Shown here piece by piece: positions 33,948-42,081 of a stretch of DNA of 64,000 nt. Source of the stretch: a virus; the IMG/VR virus record IMGVR_UViG_3300033075_000810. The stretch is one strand, 5' to 3'. Each line of letters opens with the position of its first letter. Position 1 is the stretch's first letter. The translations under genes and the position numbers were made by a program. The notes under the pieces were generated by a model. That model had not been told where the DNA came from. It ran no database searches and saw only the letters and a list, made by a program, of their open reading frames with translations.

Positions 33948-34195
33948 AGCTTGTGTTCCTTGAGTCTGGTGATCTGCTGCTTGAGCCGATCCCCTTCCAT
34001 TCTAAGGAACGCCGCCAGGGCGAAGTCCTGATACGCGACCGCTTTTTCCTTCTGCTGGAGCAACTCCTCGTAGGCGTCATCCATCATCTTGACCAGCGGC
34101 TTCAGGTCGTTGACGTACTCGCTCATACCACTCGCAGCCCCCTGAATAGTGCGAGATCGTCCATGTCGCCCTCGATGACGCTGCCGTCCTCGCAC
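33944..34195 (-). CDS. hypothetical protein
   Basis: 83-aa ORF. Confidence 0.45.
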   Translation of the reverse strand: MRGRQRHRGRHGRSRTIQGAASGMSEYVNDLKPLVKMMDDAYEELLQQKEKAVAYQDFALAAFLRMEGDRLKQQITRLKEHKL

Positions 34196-34347
34196 TCGAT
34201 GACCACGTCGTAGACGACCTTGCGGGCCACCCTGCCGTAGACGAAGGCGTCGTCGGGGTAGGTGAAGACCGGGCCGAACTCACTCGGCTTCATGATGGCC
34301 GGAATGTTCGGGTCGCTGACGATCTTGACGAAGTCACCGACTTGCAT
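34123..34347 (-). CDS. hypothetical protein
   Basis: 74-aa ORF. Confidence 0.4.
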   Translation of the reverse strand: MQVGDFVKIVSDPNIPAIMKPSEFGPVFTYPDDAFVYGRVARKVVYDVVIECEDGSVIEGDMDDLALFRGLRVV

Positions 34348-34362
34348 GGCCGATCCTCTGAG

Positions 34363-34716
34363 TCAGGCGAGTAGTTGCGACTCATTCCAATGCTCCTTGC
34401 GATGGCAGTTGGAACACAGGACATCGCACTTGGCTACCTCGGCCAGAATCCTTTCCTTGGACCACCCCTTGTTCCAGCAATTACCCAGGTCGAACTTTTT
34501 GTCTTCCCTGTTTAGGTGATGAAAGTCGAGACAGGCGATGTGAGACTCGCCACACTCCCTGCATTTCAGATCGCTCTTCAGGGAGTAGAACCACGCCTTC
34601 ATCTCCTTTTTCCGGCGTTCGACAGTCGCTTTGTGCCGCTGCCTGTACTGCTCGTCTGCGTGGTATTTGTTCTTGATGTACTCGCGGTGCGTTTCACGTC
34701 TGTTGCCTGCCATCAT
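34363..34716 (-). CDS. HNH endonuclease
   Basis: CRECGESHIACLDFHHLNRED...CDVLCSNCHRKEH; immediately upstream of a tRNA. Confidence 0.65.
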   Translation of the reverse strand: MMAGNRRETHREYIKNKYHADEQYRQRHKATVERRKKEMKAWFYSLKSDLKCRECGESHIACLDFHHLNREDKKFDLGNCWNKGWSKERILAEVAKCDVLCSNCHRKEHWNESQLLA

Positions 34717-34740
34717 AACCTCCTGCTGAGGTTATGTGAG

Positions 34741-34811
34741 TACCAGAGGTTGGAATCGAACCAACTTTTCATCCTTATGAGGGATGCGTCTTACCAATAG
34801 ACGACACTGGC
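34741..34811 (-). tRNA. tRNA with CAU anticodon (Met or Ile2)
   Basis: hand-folded: acceptor GCCAGUG/CUCUGGU (one mismatch), D-arm GUCU/AGAC, anticodon stem CAUCC/GGAUG with loop CUCAUAA, T-arm GUUGG-UUCGAUU-CCAAC. Confidence 0.5.
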
Positions 34812-34910
34812 AAATGTGATCTGAGACGGTCGGGACTGGGTTCCTCGTTCGGGGTTGCCCACACCTAGCCAGCCCATACGGCAACTCTCTGCCGCCTCAG
34901 AGACACCCTA

Positions 34911-35166
34911 TCATACGCGAGGTTCGCGTCTTTTTCTATAGTCCCTCGCCCATTTTCCCCGCCACTCGCAGTAGCCGACGATGGGCAGGACGGCGTCCAG
35001 CCTCACCTTAGCCAGGTCGGCTGAGGTGAGGCCCCGCAACTCCTCCTTGACGGCCTCGGGGAGGGCGTTGAATGCCTCCCCAGGCTTGCCGTCCCTGACC
35101 CAGAAGTGGTCGGGCTGGAAGTAGATGCCCTCCACGATCCGGCACAGGGCGTCAATCGCTGCCACG
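34911..35166 (-). CDS. hypothetical protein (GTG start)
   Basis: coding signal confined to the proximal 85 aa; AGGAGGG RBS upstream of GTG. Confidence 0.4.
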
Positions 35167-35391
35167 GTCGTCCACCCCCTCCTTGAACTTGCCGAGGGCC
35201 TTGATGAACATCTTCGCGTGCCAGTGGGCGTGGTCGAGGTCTTCGTAGTCGATGTCCCCGATGCGGAAGTACTGGACCCCCACCCGGAACCAGACGCGGT
35301 AGCCGGTCCCCTCATAGGGCGGCTTGTGGACAAAGACGTTCGGGCTGTCCGTCTTGGTGCATTCGCTCTCGGGGAACATCTCGACGCTCAT
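35152..35391 (-). CDS. hypothetical protein
   Basis: 79-aa ORF. Confidence 0.45.
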   Translation of the reverse strand: MSVEMFPESECTKTDSPNVFVHKPPYEGTGYRVWFRVGVQYFRIGDIDYEDLDHAHWHAKMFIKALGKFKEGVDDRGSD

Positions 35392-35398
35392 GGCACTC

Positions 35399-35779
35399 CT
35401 AGTAGAGTTTCAGGTCTGCGGTCACCTTGGCGAGATTCTCCGACCAGTTTGGGCCGATGCCTAGGGCGGTGGGCGTGTCGGGTGCCACCTCGGTCTTGCC
35501 GGCGTCCCTGATCAGGTAGGTCGTCAGTTTGTGTTCCTTGGCTTTGGCCTCCAGGGCCAGCAGGGCCTCCTCGCTGTCGATCTGGAACACGATGACGATG
35601 GGCAGCCTGAACAGGAACGACCTCTCCTCCTCGCTGATCAGGTCTTGCAGCCCCCGCCGGTAGCGGTCCCTCAGCCACGCCATCGCGGCGTGGCTGCCCT
35701 GGCCGATCTCCTTACCCCTCCTGAGCTTCAGGTCGCGGCGGACCACCAGGGCCAGTTTTGCTTCGCGGCTTGCCTCCAT
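35399..35779 (-). CDS. pth2: peptidyl-tRNA hydrolase, PTH2 (archaeal/eukaryotic) family
   Basis: KLALVVRRDLKL...GKEIGQGSHAAMAW...DAGKTEVAPDTPTALGIGPNWSENLAKVTADLKLY matches the PTH2 family (KMVLVVRTDL..GKGKIAAQCSHAA...DAGRTQIAPGS.TVLGIGP....VTG.LKL). Confidence 0.8.
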   Translation of the reverse strand: MEASREAKLALVVRRDLKLRRGKEIGQGSHAAMAWLRDRYRRGLQDLISEEERSFLFRLPIVIVFQIDSEEALLALEAKAKEHKLTTYLIRDAGKTEVAPDTPTALGIGPNWSENLAKVTADLKLY

Positions 35780-36314
35780 TCGCTTCCTCCAGCCTTTCTT
35801 GCAGGTGCCTCAGCACCCCGAACATGAACCTCATGTCCTTGACGTAGGTGCGGGCCAGTGCCGAGGCGTGGGCCGCGTCACTGGGGAACGTGTGGGACGA
35901 CCTGCCGTTGGTCCAGTCGCTCAATTCCGAGAGCCTGTCCCTGATCGCCTCCAGTTCGCTGTCCCGGTCGTTCTTGAAGGTGCAGAGCGTCACCGGCAGC
36001 CAGCACATCGATGCCTGCGGCGGCACGTCCATCGTCTGGGCGACCGGCATGTCCAGCATCTTGCGGTCGGCAAGGTAGACGAGGATCGTCGTGGGGTGCA
36101 GGTGCAGGCTGCCCTCAGCCACCATCTCGGTGATGGCCTCGGCCACCGGGGCGGACAACCCCTGCCAGACGATCAGGTTGTCCTTGCCGGGGACGTGCAG
36201 GATGCTCTGCCCCTTGGACAGGTCGGGCCACGCCGCCTCGATCTCCGCGAAGGAGACGTACTGCTTCGCATTGACCAGGGCGGCGATCTCTTCCTTCCAC
36301 TTAGCCTTGTCCAT
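35712..36314 (-). CDS. hypothetical protein (start at internal MDKAKW)
   Basis: 200-aa ORF; its 3' end overlaps pth2 by about 68 nt, so one boundary is uncertain. Confidence 0.4.
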   Translation of the reverse strand: MDKAKWKEEIAALVNAKQYVSFAEIEAAWPDLSKGQSILHVPGKDNLIVWQGLSAPVAEAITEMVAEGSLHLHPTTILVYLADRKMLDMPVAQTMDVPPQASMCWLPVTLCTFKNDRDSELEAIRDRLSELSDWTNGRSSHTFPSDAAHASALARTYVKDMRFMFGVLRHLQERLEEANGGKPRSKTGPGGPPRPEAQEG

Positions 36315-36766
36315 CACGCCTTGTCCTTTCGCCGCACCAGCGTCACGTTGTTCGGGCAGATGTTCTGCTTGACCCGCCAGCCGCTCATGACGAGGTGGCC
36401 CGCCAGCCACGACTCCATCACCGACTCGGACTCGATGGCCTGGATGTCTCTGGAGTCGTCGCAGACCTTCTCCAGCCAGTGCATGAACCACTTGAACTTC
36501 TCGGCGTCCTCGCACTCATGGTTCGCCAGGACGACGCCCTGGTAGGCGTTGCCGTCGAACAGCACCGTCGCGTGCCTGAGGTAGAACCGTGCGTCGGGTG
36601 GGCCGATCCAGGCCCGGTGGTTGGGGACCGTTGTCCCCTCTCCGAGGAAGGCGAATAGCTCGACCATCAGCCTGGTCTGCCACTCAGCCGCCATCTTGTT
36701 CAAAATCATAGACACACACCTCAGGGTTTGGTTTCTGTGCAGGCCGCGTACATGCGGTCGCACCAC
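36314..36766 (-). CDS. hypothetical protein (start uncertain)
   Basis: 150-aa ORF. Confidence 0.45.
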   Translation of the reverse strand: MVRPHVRGLHRNQTLRCVSMILNKMAAEWQTRLMVELFAFLGEGTTVPNHRAWIGPPDARFYLRHATVLFDGNAYQGVVLANHECEDAEKFKWFMHWLEKVCDDSRDIQAIESESVMESWLAGHLVMSGWRVKQNICPNNVTLVRRKDKA

Positions 36767-37017
36767 TGTTCCGCCTTCTCGACGGTCAGCTTCTGGGCAT
36801 TATGGAGATTAGCCTCCATGTAGAGCGTGTCGTGGCCGTTGAAGAACACCCGGAAGGTCATCCCCACGCCTCCGTACAAGCGGGATTCGTAGACGAGGAC
36901 GAGAATGTTGTAGAGCGGACCCTCGTCCTGGGTGATCTTGCGTTCGTAGCCACGGTCAGCGGGATCGTCCACGGTCACCTTGCGGTAGCCGGCGTCCAAC
37001 AGGTCTTGCTCGGTCAC
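36721..37017 (-). CDS. hypothetical protein
   Basis: 98-aa ORF. Confidence 0.45.
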   Translation of the reverse strand: MTEQDLLDAGYRKVTVDDPADRGYERKITQDEGPLYNILVLVYESRLYGGVGMTFRVFFNGHDTLYMEANLHNAQKLTVEKAEQWCDRMYAACTETKP

Positions 37018-37225
37018 TTCTCACCTTCCCGCTCTTGGTCCGGTTCGTCAACTCCCTGAAACACTCGACGCAGAGAACCTTGTCGTGGAACTGCTCGGGC
37101 AGCTTGGCCCAGGTGCGGTCGTCGCAGATCCAGCAGGTGAAGTCGCACAGGCAGCGACCGCACCAGTAGAAGTCCAGGGTCTTGACGAGATACCTCGGAG
37201 GCCAGTCCTTGCCCTTGTACCTCAC
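36956..37225 (-). CDS. hypothetical zinc-finger protein
   Basis: CGRCLCDFTCWIC...CVEC; the distal tail is probably not coding. Confidence 0.35.
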   Translation of the reverse strand: MRYKGKDWPPRYLVKTLDFYWCGRCLCDFTCWICDDRTWAKLPEQFHDKVLCVECFRELTNRTKSGKVRSDRARPVGRRLPQGDRGRSR

Positions 37226-37312
37226 CTGGGCCTTGATCCAGGGCCGGAACCGCCTGCCGTCTGGCCCGCCCTCAGTCGCCGCTTGATCTCTTCGGCAGCT
37301 TCTTGACTCATG

Positions 37313-37921
37313 TCATTTCATCCGTGTCAGTGGGTACTGGTCCAGGGCGAGCAGCGTGTAGATTTTGTCCCGGTCGTCCGTGTCCTCGATCACACCCCTG
37401 CGTTTGTAGCGGCGGTAGACCGCCGCCGTGGCCCACCAGCCCCAGCACGGACCCGTCTTCAGGGGTCCGGCTATGTCGCTCAGGTGGTGGATGCAGTTGG
37501 TGGCGTGGCGGTCGCCATGCCTCTTGCGTGAGGCGTAGTCGAGGAACTTGTACTTGCCCGGCTTGTTCTGCTGGGCCTCGGCTTTGTCGAAGAACTCCTT
37601 GGTGATGGCGAACGGCCCCCAGACGCGGACGTGCCGCCTCCCGTTGACCGCATCCTCGATGGACTGCTTGCTCGTCAGGTCGTAGCCCTTGCCGGGCACG
37701 TCGAAGTAGCTGACCCGCTCCGGTGCCCAGCTTAGGCACACGTCTTTCTTGACAGTCTTGCCGTCATCGCTCACCTGCACGAAGGTGCCCCAGATGTGAC
37801 ACAGTGTCGGCAGCGGGACCGGCTTGGAGTCGTGGGCGAACAGCACACAGTAGCACTTGTCGGCCCAGGCGGTGCTGCTGAGTCCCAGCAGCAGGGTCAC
37901 GGCGAGCAGCAGTCGCTTCAT
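37313..37921 (-). CDS. secreted protein
   Basis: N-terminal signal peptide MKRLLLAVTLLLGLSSTAWA. Confidence 0.55.
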   Translation of the reverse strand: MKRLLLAVTLLLGLSSTAWADKCYCVLFAHDSKPVPLPTLCHIWGTFVQVSDDGKTVKKDVCLSWAPERVSYFDVPGKGYDLTSKQSIEDAVNGRRHVRVWGPFAITKEFFDKAEAQQNKPGKYKFLDYASRKRHGDRHATNCIHHLSDIAGPLKTGPCWGWWATAAVYRRYKRRGVIEDTDDRDKIYTLLALDQYPLTRMK

Positions 37922-37942
37922 GGTTAGGCCACCTCACGTTCC

Positions 37943-38170
37943 TCATGAGTCATCGATCTCTTCCTCCTCAACCTCATCGCACCTGAGGTCGTAGTTGGCG
38001 TCGTCCCAGGGGGCCGTTTCGCCACACCGGGGGCAGGACCAGCGGCTGTCGGGACGCGACAACTGGGCGATGTACTCTTCGCGGTCTAGGTAGACCAGAT
38101 GGCCCCCCTCAGGCTCGCAGAAATAGCAGCGGACGGCCCAGGGCGTCGGGGTTGACGATTCACCACCCAT
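37943..38170 (-). CDS. zinc-ribbon protein
   Basis: CYFCEP...CPRCGE. Confidence 0.45.
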   Translation of the reverse strand: MGGESSTPTPWAVRCYFCEPEGGHLVYLDREEYIAQLSRPDSRWSCPRCGETAPWDDANYDLRCDEVEEEEIDDS

Positions 38171-38204
38171 GTAGCATACCTCCTAAAAGCCAGTCTAGGC
38201 CGGT

Positions 38205-38768
38205 TTACGCCCTGTCAAGCGAAACCGATTCCAGCTTGCCCTCATGCACCCGCCGGTCGAAGAGCCAACGGGCCGAGAGGATGTCGGCGGCGTGAACGAT
38301 GGCACCCAGGGGGTTCATCACCCGCTTGTCCTTGCGGTAGTCGTCGCCCTCTCCGTGGGCGTACTTGATCGCGTCCAGCACTTCCTGAGGGAGCGTGAGT
38401 TTGAACGTCTCTGGCAGCACCTTCGTGAGGAAGTCCATCTTGCCGATAGCCCACTCGCCGTCGCCGGCGTACTTGAACAGCTTCTCGATGTCGTGGAAGT
38501 AGATCGCCAGAACGAGGTTGCCCCAGTCGGGCTTAGGGACCGACTGGTAGACCATGCTGCTGATCATCATCTCGGCCAGATTCAGCATGTGGGTCAGGTG
38601 ATCGCGGTAACCACCCTCCCACCACTGGTGGTTGTGGGAGGAACCCCTGGCCTCGTTGAACCTCCAGTTGACCGAGTGGAATTGCCTGAGCCGCTCGCCC
38701 CGGTCGCCGGGCACCCACAGGAGGTACTCCTCGACCGGCTTGAAATGGTGGAAGATCAGATCAGTCAT
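38205..38768 (-). CDS. HD-domain phosphohydrolase (YfbR/5'-deoxynucleotidase-like)
   Basis: H...FHDIEK...HAADI pattern of the HD superfamily. Confidence 0.55.
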   Translation of the reverse strand: MTDLIFHHFKPVEEYLLWVPGDRGERLRQFHSVNWRFNEARGSSHNHQWWEGGYRDHLTHMLNLAEMMISSMVYQSVPKPDWGNLVLAIYFHDIEKLFKYAGDGEWAIGKMDFLTKVLPETFKLTLPQEVLDAIKYAHGEGDDYRKDKRVMNPLGAIVHAADILSARWLFDRRVHEGKLESVSLDRA

Positions 38769-39123
38769 TGTTGCCGTCGCCCCCGTAGAGTTCCAGCCAC
38801 CGCTCCTTCAGCAGCGGGTCGCCCTTGTAGTCCGTGGCAAAGTTGAAGACCTTGCCGTCGCGGGCACCGATCATCATCCCGTTGTGCCGGCTCTCCTTGG
38901 ACCAGGCACTCTTGGGCACGACGATCTCTTCCTTCCAGGCGTTGGCCCCGAGGTCGGCGTTCTCGTAGATGACACCGTCCTTGATGACCCTGGGGTGCTT
39001 GCGACCACAGTTGGGGCAGCACATCTCGACCCTGGCGTTGATCGCCATGTTGAGCTTCACGCGGAAGTAACCGCCGTCAGGGCAATCGTTGCAGTAGAAC
39101 TCCTGCCAGACCTTGTTGTCCAC
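38761..39123 (-). CDS. zinc-ribbon protein
   Basis: CNDCPDG...CCPNCGRKH. Confidence 0.45.
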   Translation of the reverse strand: MDNKVWQEFYCNDCPDGGYFRVKLNMAINARVEMCCPNCGRKHPRVIKDGVIYENADLGANAWKEEIVVPKSAWSKESRHNGMMIGARDGKVFNFATDYKGDPLLKERWLELYGGDGNND

Positions 39124-39135
39124 GGTCGCATCTCC

Positions 39136-39543
39136 TTAGGCGTAGTCGGTCGGCTTGCCCTCCACGAACAAGCCCTCTTCGTCCATCGTGATCAGCCGGT
39201 AGTCGCCCGACATCTCCACCTTGGGGTGCCAGACGCCGCCCAGGCAGATCGCGGCCAGGATGTCGGTGAGCTTGCCGACATCCTTGGCGTCCACGCGATA
39301 AGAGCCACGCCAGTTCCTGTCGCGGTTCTCGCCCCTGACGTAGACGTACTCCTTGCCGGTGACGCGGTCGTGGGCGGTGAACCACGTCTCTGCTGTCGCC
39401 CGAGTCCTGCCCTTCCAGTCGCGGAGCGTGAAGACCCAGTTGAGCCAGTGCTTCATCGTGGCAGTAATCTCGTACTGCCGCAGCAACCTCTTCTTGCGTC
39501 GGACCTGGGAGAGTATAGCAGACCAGACTTCGCGTTGCAACAC
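39136..39543 (-). CDS. hypothetical protein
   Basis: 135-aa ORF. Confidence 0.45.
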   Translation of the reverse strand: MLQREVWSAILSQVRRKKRLLRQYEITATMKHWLNWVFTLRDWKGRTRATAETWFTAHDRVTGKEYVYVRGENRDRNWRGSYRVDAKDVGKLTDILAAICLGGVWHPKVEMSGDYRLITMDEEGLFVEGKPTDYA

Positions 39544-39635
39544 GGTGTAACCCCCTATGTTACTTGAATCCAGGGCATGAAAAAAGGACGCCCGGCCTTC
39601 CGACCGGGCGTCCTTGCGTTGTGGTGGCGGGGCGT

Positions 39636-40136
39636 TCAGGCCACCCAGTCCTTGGGCACGTCGCCCAGGCGGACGGGCCTGCCGTCCTGGGCCTGGGGCC
39701 GCTGCTGCGGCTTGCCGCCCCGGCGGTTGTTGTGGTGCTGGGGCTTGCCGCCCTTGTTGTGGGGCCGGCGTCCACGGTTGTCCGCGAACGTGCGACCGTC
39801 GCGGTTCTCCTGCTCTTTGGCCTTGGCCTTCTCGCGGGCCTCCTCTGCCTTCCGCTTGGCCTCCTGCCAGGCCCGGTACTCAGGGCAGGACTTGTCGAGC
39901 ATCTGATCAAATTGCTCATCCGTCAGCCCCTCGACCCGGCCCGTCATGGCACGGAACTTCTGCCGCTGCTCGCGGACGGCAGCCTCGCTCACCATGAGCT
40001 TCTGCTCGTCCTTGGTCCCCTTCGTCCTGAGGGCGATCAGTTCCGCCGTCTCCTTGCCGAACTCGTCCCAGACCAGGGACTTCTCCTCGTCAGTCGTGGC
40101 CGACGAGAACTTGGACGCCCACTCGTATGCCTTCAT
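39636..40136 (-). CDS. hypothetical protein with highly basic disordered C-terminal tail
   Basis: 166-aa ORF; RGRRPHNKGGKPQHHNNRRGGKPQQRPQ tail suggests nucleic-acid binding. Confidence 0.45.
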   Translation of the reverse strand: MKAYEWASKFSSATTDEEKSLVWDEFGKETAELIALRTKGTKDEQKLMVSEAAVREQRQKFRAMTGRVEGLTDEQFDQMLDKSCPEYRAWQEAKRKAEEAREKAKAKEQENRDGRTFADNRGRRPHNKGGKPQHHNNRRGGKPQQRPQAQDGRPVRLGDVPKDWVA

Positions 40137-40179
40137 GGATGGCTGCTCCTTAGGTGCTGATCAGATTGTAGGAGGGAAG

Positions 40180-40250
40180 TGCGGGATGCGGGAATCGAAC
40201 CCGCGTCTAAGCGTTGGGAACGCTCCATCCTACCATTGAACGAATCCCGC
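40180..40250 (-). tRNA. tRNA-Gly (CCC)
   Basis: GCGGGAU acceptor, anticodon loop UUCCCAA, T-arm GCGGG-UUCGAUU-CCCGC, 71 nt. Confidence 0.7.
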
Positions 40251-40259
40251 GAATGAGAG

Positions 40260-40331
40260 TGCGGCATGAGGGAATCGGACCCTACGACTGAAGTTTGGAA
40301 AACTTCCGTGATACCATTTCACCAATGCCGC
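40260..40331 (-). tRNA. tRNA-Gly (UCC)
   Basis: GCGGCAU acceptor, anticodon stem GAAGU/ACUUC with loop UUUCCAA, T-arm UAGGG-UCCGAUU-CCCUC. Confidence 0.7.
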
Positions 40332-40333
40332 AT

Positions 40334-40406
40334 GGTGCGTCTTGCCGGAATCGAACCGGCGATTTGTGCATGGCAAGCACACGCGATACCACTTCACCAA
40401 AGACGC
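40334..40406 (-). tRNA. tRNA-Gly (GCC), CCA encoded
   Basis: GCGUCUU acceptor, anticodon stem UGUGC/GCACA with loop UUGCCAU, T-arm GCCGG-UUCGAUU-CCGGC, 3' ACCA encoded. Confidence 0.7.
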
Positions 40407-40778
40407 AGTCTACCCCTAAGATAGTGTCCTGCCCCTCATTTTTCAAGGGCAGAAGCGAAATGGCCCCCGAGGGCGGGTAACCTCGGGGGCCGCAGGAAGG
40501 CAGATGGAGGGTCGCGTTCTTAGCTCTTCATGGCTCGTTCTCCGTGGGCCAAGGGGCCTGAATCTCAGTCGCCCCCGATGTCACCAGTAGTGCCGTCGCG
40601 GAAAGAGTCTGTCAGTCTAGTAGGGTTCGATGCAGGTCACATGGCTAACTCTCCGTGGTTGGGTGACTCCAGGGAGTGAGTACCACCGGCCTCCGGGGTG
40701 AGGGTTGACTATGACTTCTCACCCCATTGCTCGGTCGCCCCACGTCACGATGACAGTTTACCCAGGGCGACCGTTCTG
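40407..40778 (-). other. about 370-nt non-coding region with several strong hairpins between the Thg1-like gene and the tRNA-Gly array; candidate structured RNA or processing/regulatory region
   Basis: no credible ORF; perfect inverted repeats GCCCCCGAGG/CCUCGGGGGC (40463-40490) and GGGGUGAG/CUCACCCC (about 40698-40728). Confidence 0.35.
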
Positions 40779-41600
40779 TCAAGCAACCTTTTCCGCCAGA
40801 TTCGGCTCCTCACCGTAGAAGAAGACCCTGACACGGTTTGCGACCTGCGTGATGGGCGGCAGGTCCAGGGCGACCACGTCCGTCCGCTCCACCATCAGGT
40901 CCGGGTTGGTCCTGGCCTGGTGTTTGGGCGGCAGGTTGACCATCTCCTCGGTCGTGAACCGCCGGACGGTCTTCTTCCTCTGGAAGTAGGTGCCCCGCTT
41001 GAAGAACGCGGGGTAGTCGTTCCAGTTGATCCCCCGCTGCCAGAGCATCTCCTGCATCTGGCTGCCGTTCTTGTCCTGAAGCTCCTTGTGGCTGAAGTAG
41101 GCCCTCGCCGCCATCGAGATCGAGTTCTTGGTGGCGTCCAGTTCCCTCCAGACGAAGACGTTCGACGCCTCGTCCAGGGTAGGGCAGTTCCACACCCTGG
41201 CGTCGAAGGTCGGCATCTTCTCAACGTACTCGGGCAGTACCTGGGCGATGTGCCGGTTGAAGAACAGGGTCGCCAAGGCCGCGAGTTGGCTGGTCATCTT
41301 CTGGACCCGCCCGTCGAAGAAGATTTGCGTCCCCTCGTCAGCGGCGTACCACGCCAAACTGATTTCGTCGCTCTGCGTGTAGCCCACGCAGGCGTTAGTC
41401 TCGCGGACCAGATCCCTGGTCGTCTGCTGCATCACCTGGGACATCCGCTCGTCATAGGGGCGGTTCATGCCCTGGGTGAAGCGGCTGAAGGCACGCCCGT
41501 CGATGCGGGCACAGGCCGGTAGCCGGGGCATCAGGCGGCGTGCCGCCTCCATGCCCTCGTACAGTTTCATCCGGTCACCGAGTGCGTCGTTAGTAGCCAT
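40779..41600 (-). CDS. tRNA-His guanylyltransferase (Thg1)-like protein, 3'-5' nucleotide polymerase
   Basis: GDRMKLYE...ARIDGRAFSRFT...YTQSDEISL are the conserved Thg1/TLP motifs; start at internal ATG 41600 with AGGAG RBS. Confidence 0.8.
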   Translation of the reverse strand: MATNDALGDRMKLYEGMEAARRLMPRLPACARIDGRAFSRFTQGMNRPYDERMSQVMQQTTRDLVRETNACVGYTQSDEISLAWYAADEGTQIFFDGRVQKMTSQLAALATLFFNRHIAQVLPEYVEKMPTFDARVWNCPTLDEASNVFVWRELDATKNSISMAARAYFSHKELQDKNGSQMQEMLWQRGINWNDYPAFFKRGTYFQRKKTVRRFTTEEMVNLPPKHQARTNPDLMVERTDVVALDLPPITQVANRVRVFFYGEEPNLAEKVA

Positions 41601-42081
41601 CGCAATCGTCTCGTTTCTCCTCTGGGAGGACGAAGTCCCCCACGCTCTTTCTCTCGTACTTGGTCGCCTGGTCCCTAAGGAGTTTCTTCCCGTACCTTGT
41701 GAGTATCCCACGCTTAGGGTCGTAGTCGGGATCGATCACAGGTTCCTTCATGTCCGCAGGGACATAAGGGCAGCAGATGATACCCTTGCCCATAAGGGTT
41801 GGATACCTCAGATCGTACCCGGCCTCGTCCAACTGTCGCTCGGCCTCAAACCAGAACTCGTCCGAGCGACCGTGCGGACGACCGGCGTCCTCCCAGAGCT
41901 TGTAGGCGACCAACTCGGTCAACTTCCGGGTGGACGTGATCAGGTTGGGGAACACAATCTTGTCGCGTTCCTCGGGCGGCGTCTTGTCCTCGTAGATCCT
42001 CCACTCCCCGATGGGGCTGCGGATCGTCTCGGTGTGTTGGATTCCGCTCATGTTGGACACCTTTCTGGTCGGGAGGTTCAC
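41590..42081 (-). CDS. DUF2934-domain protein
   Basis: AYKLWEDAGRPHGRSDEFWFEAERQL. Confidence 0.5.
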   Translation of the reverse strand: MNLPTRKVSNMSGIQHTETIRSPIGEWRIYEDKTPPEERDKIVFPNLITSTRKLTELVAYKLWEDAGRPHGRSDEFWFEAERQLDEAGYDLRYPTLMGKGIICCPYVPADMKEPVIDPDYDPKRGILTRYGKKLLRDQATKYERKSVGDFVLPEEKRDDCDGY

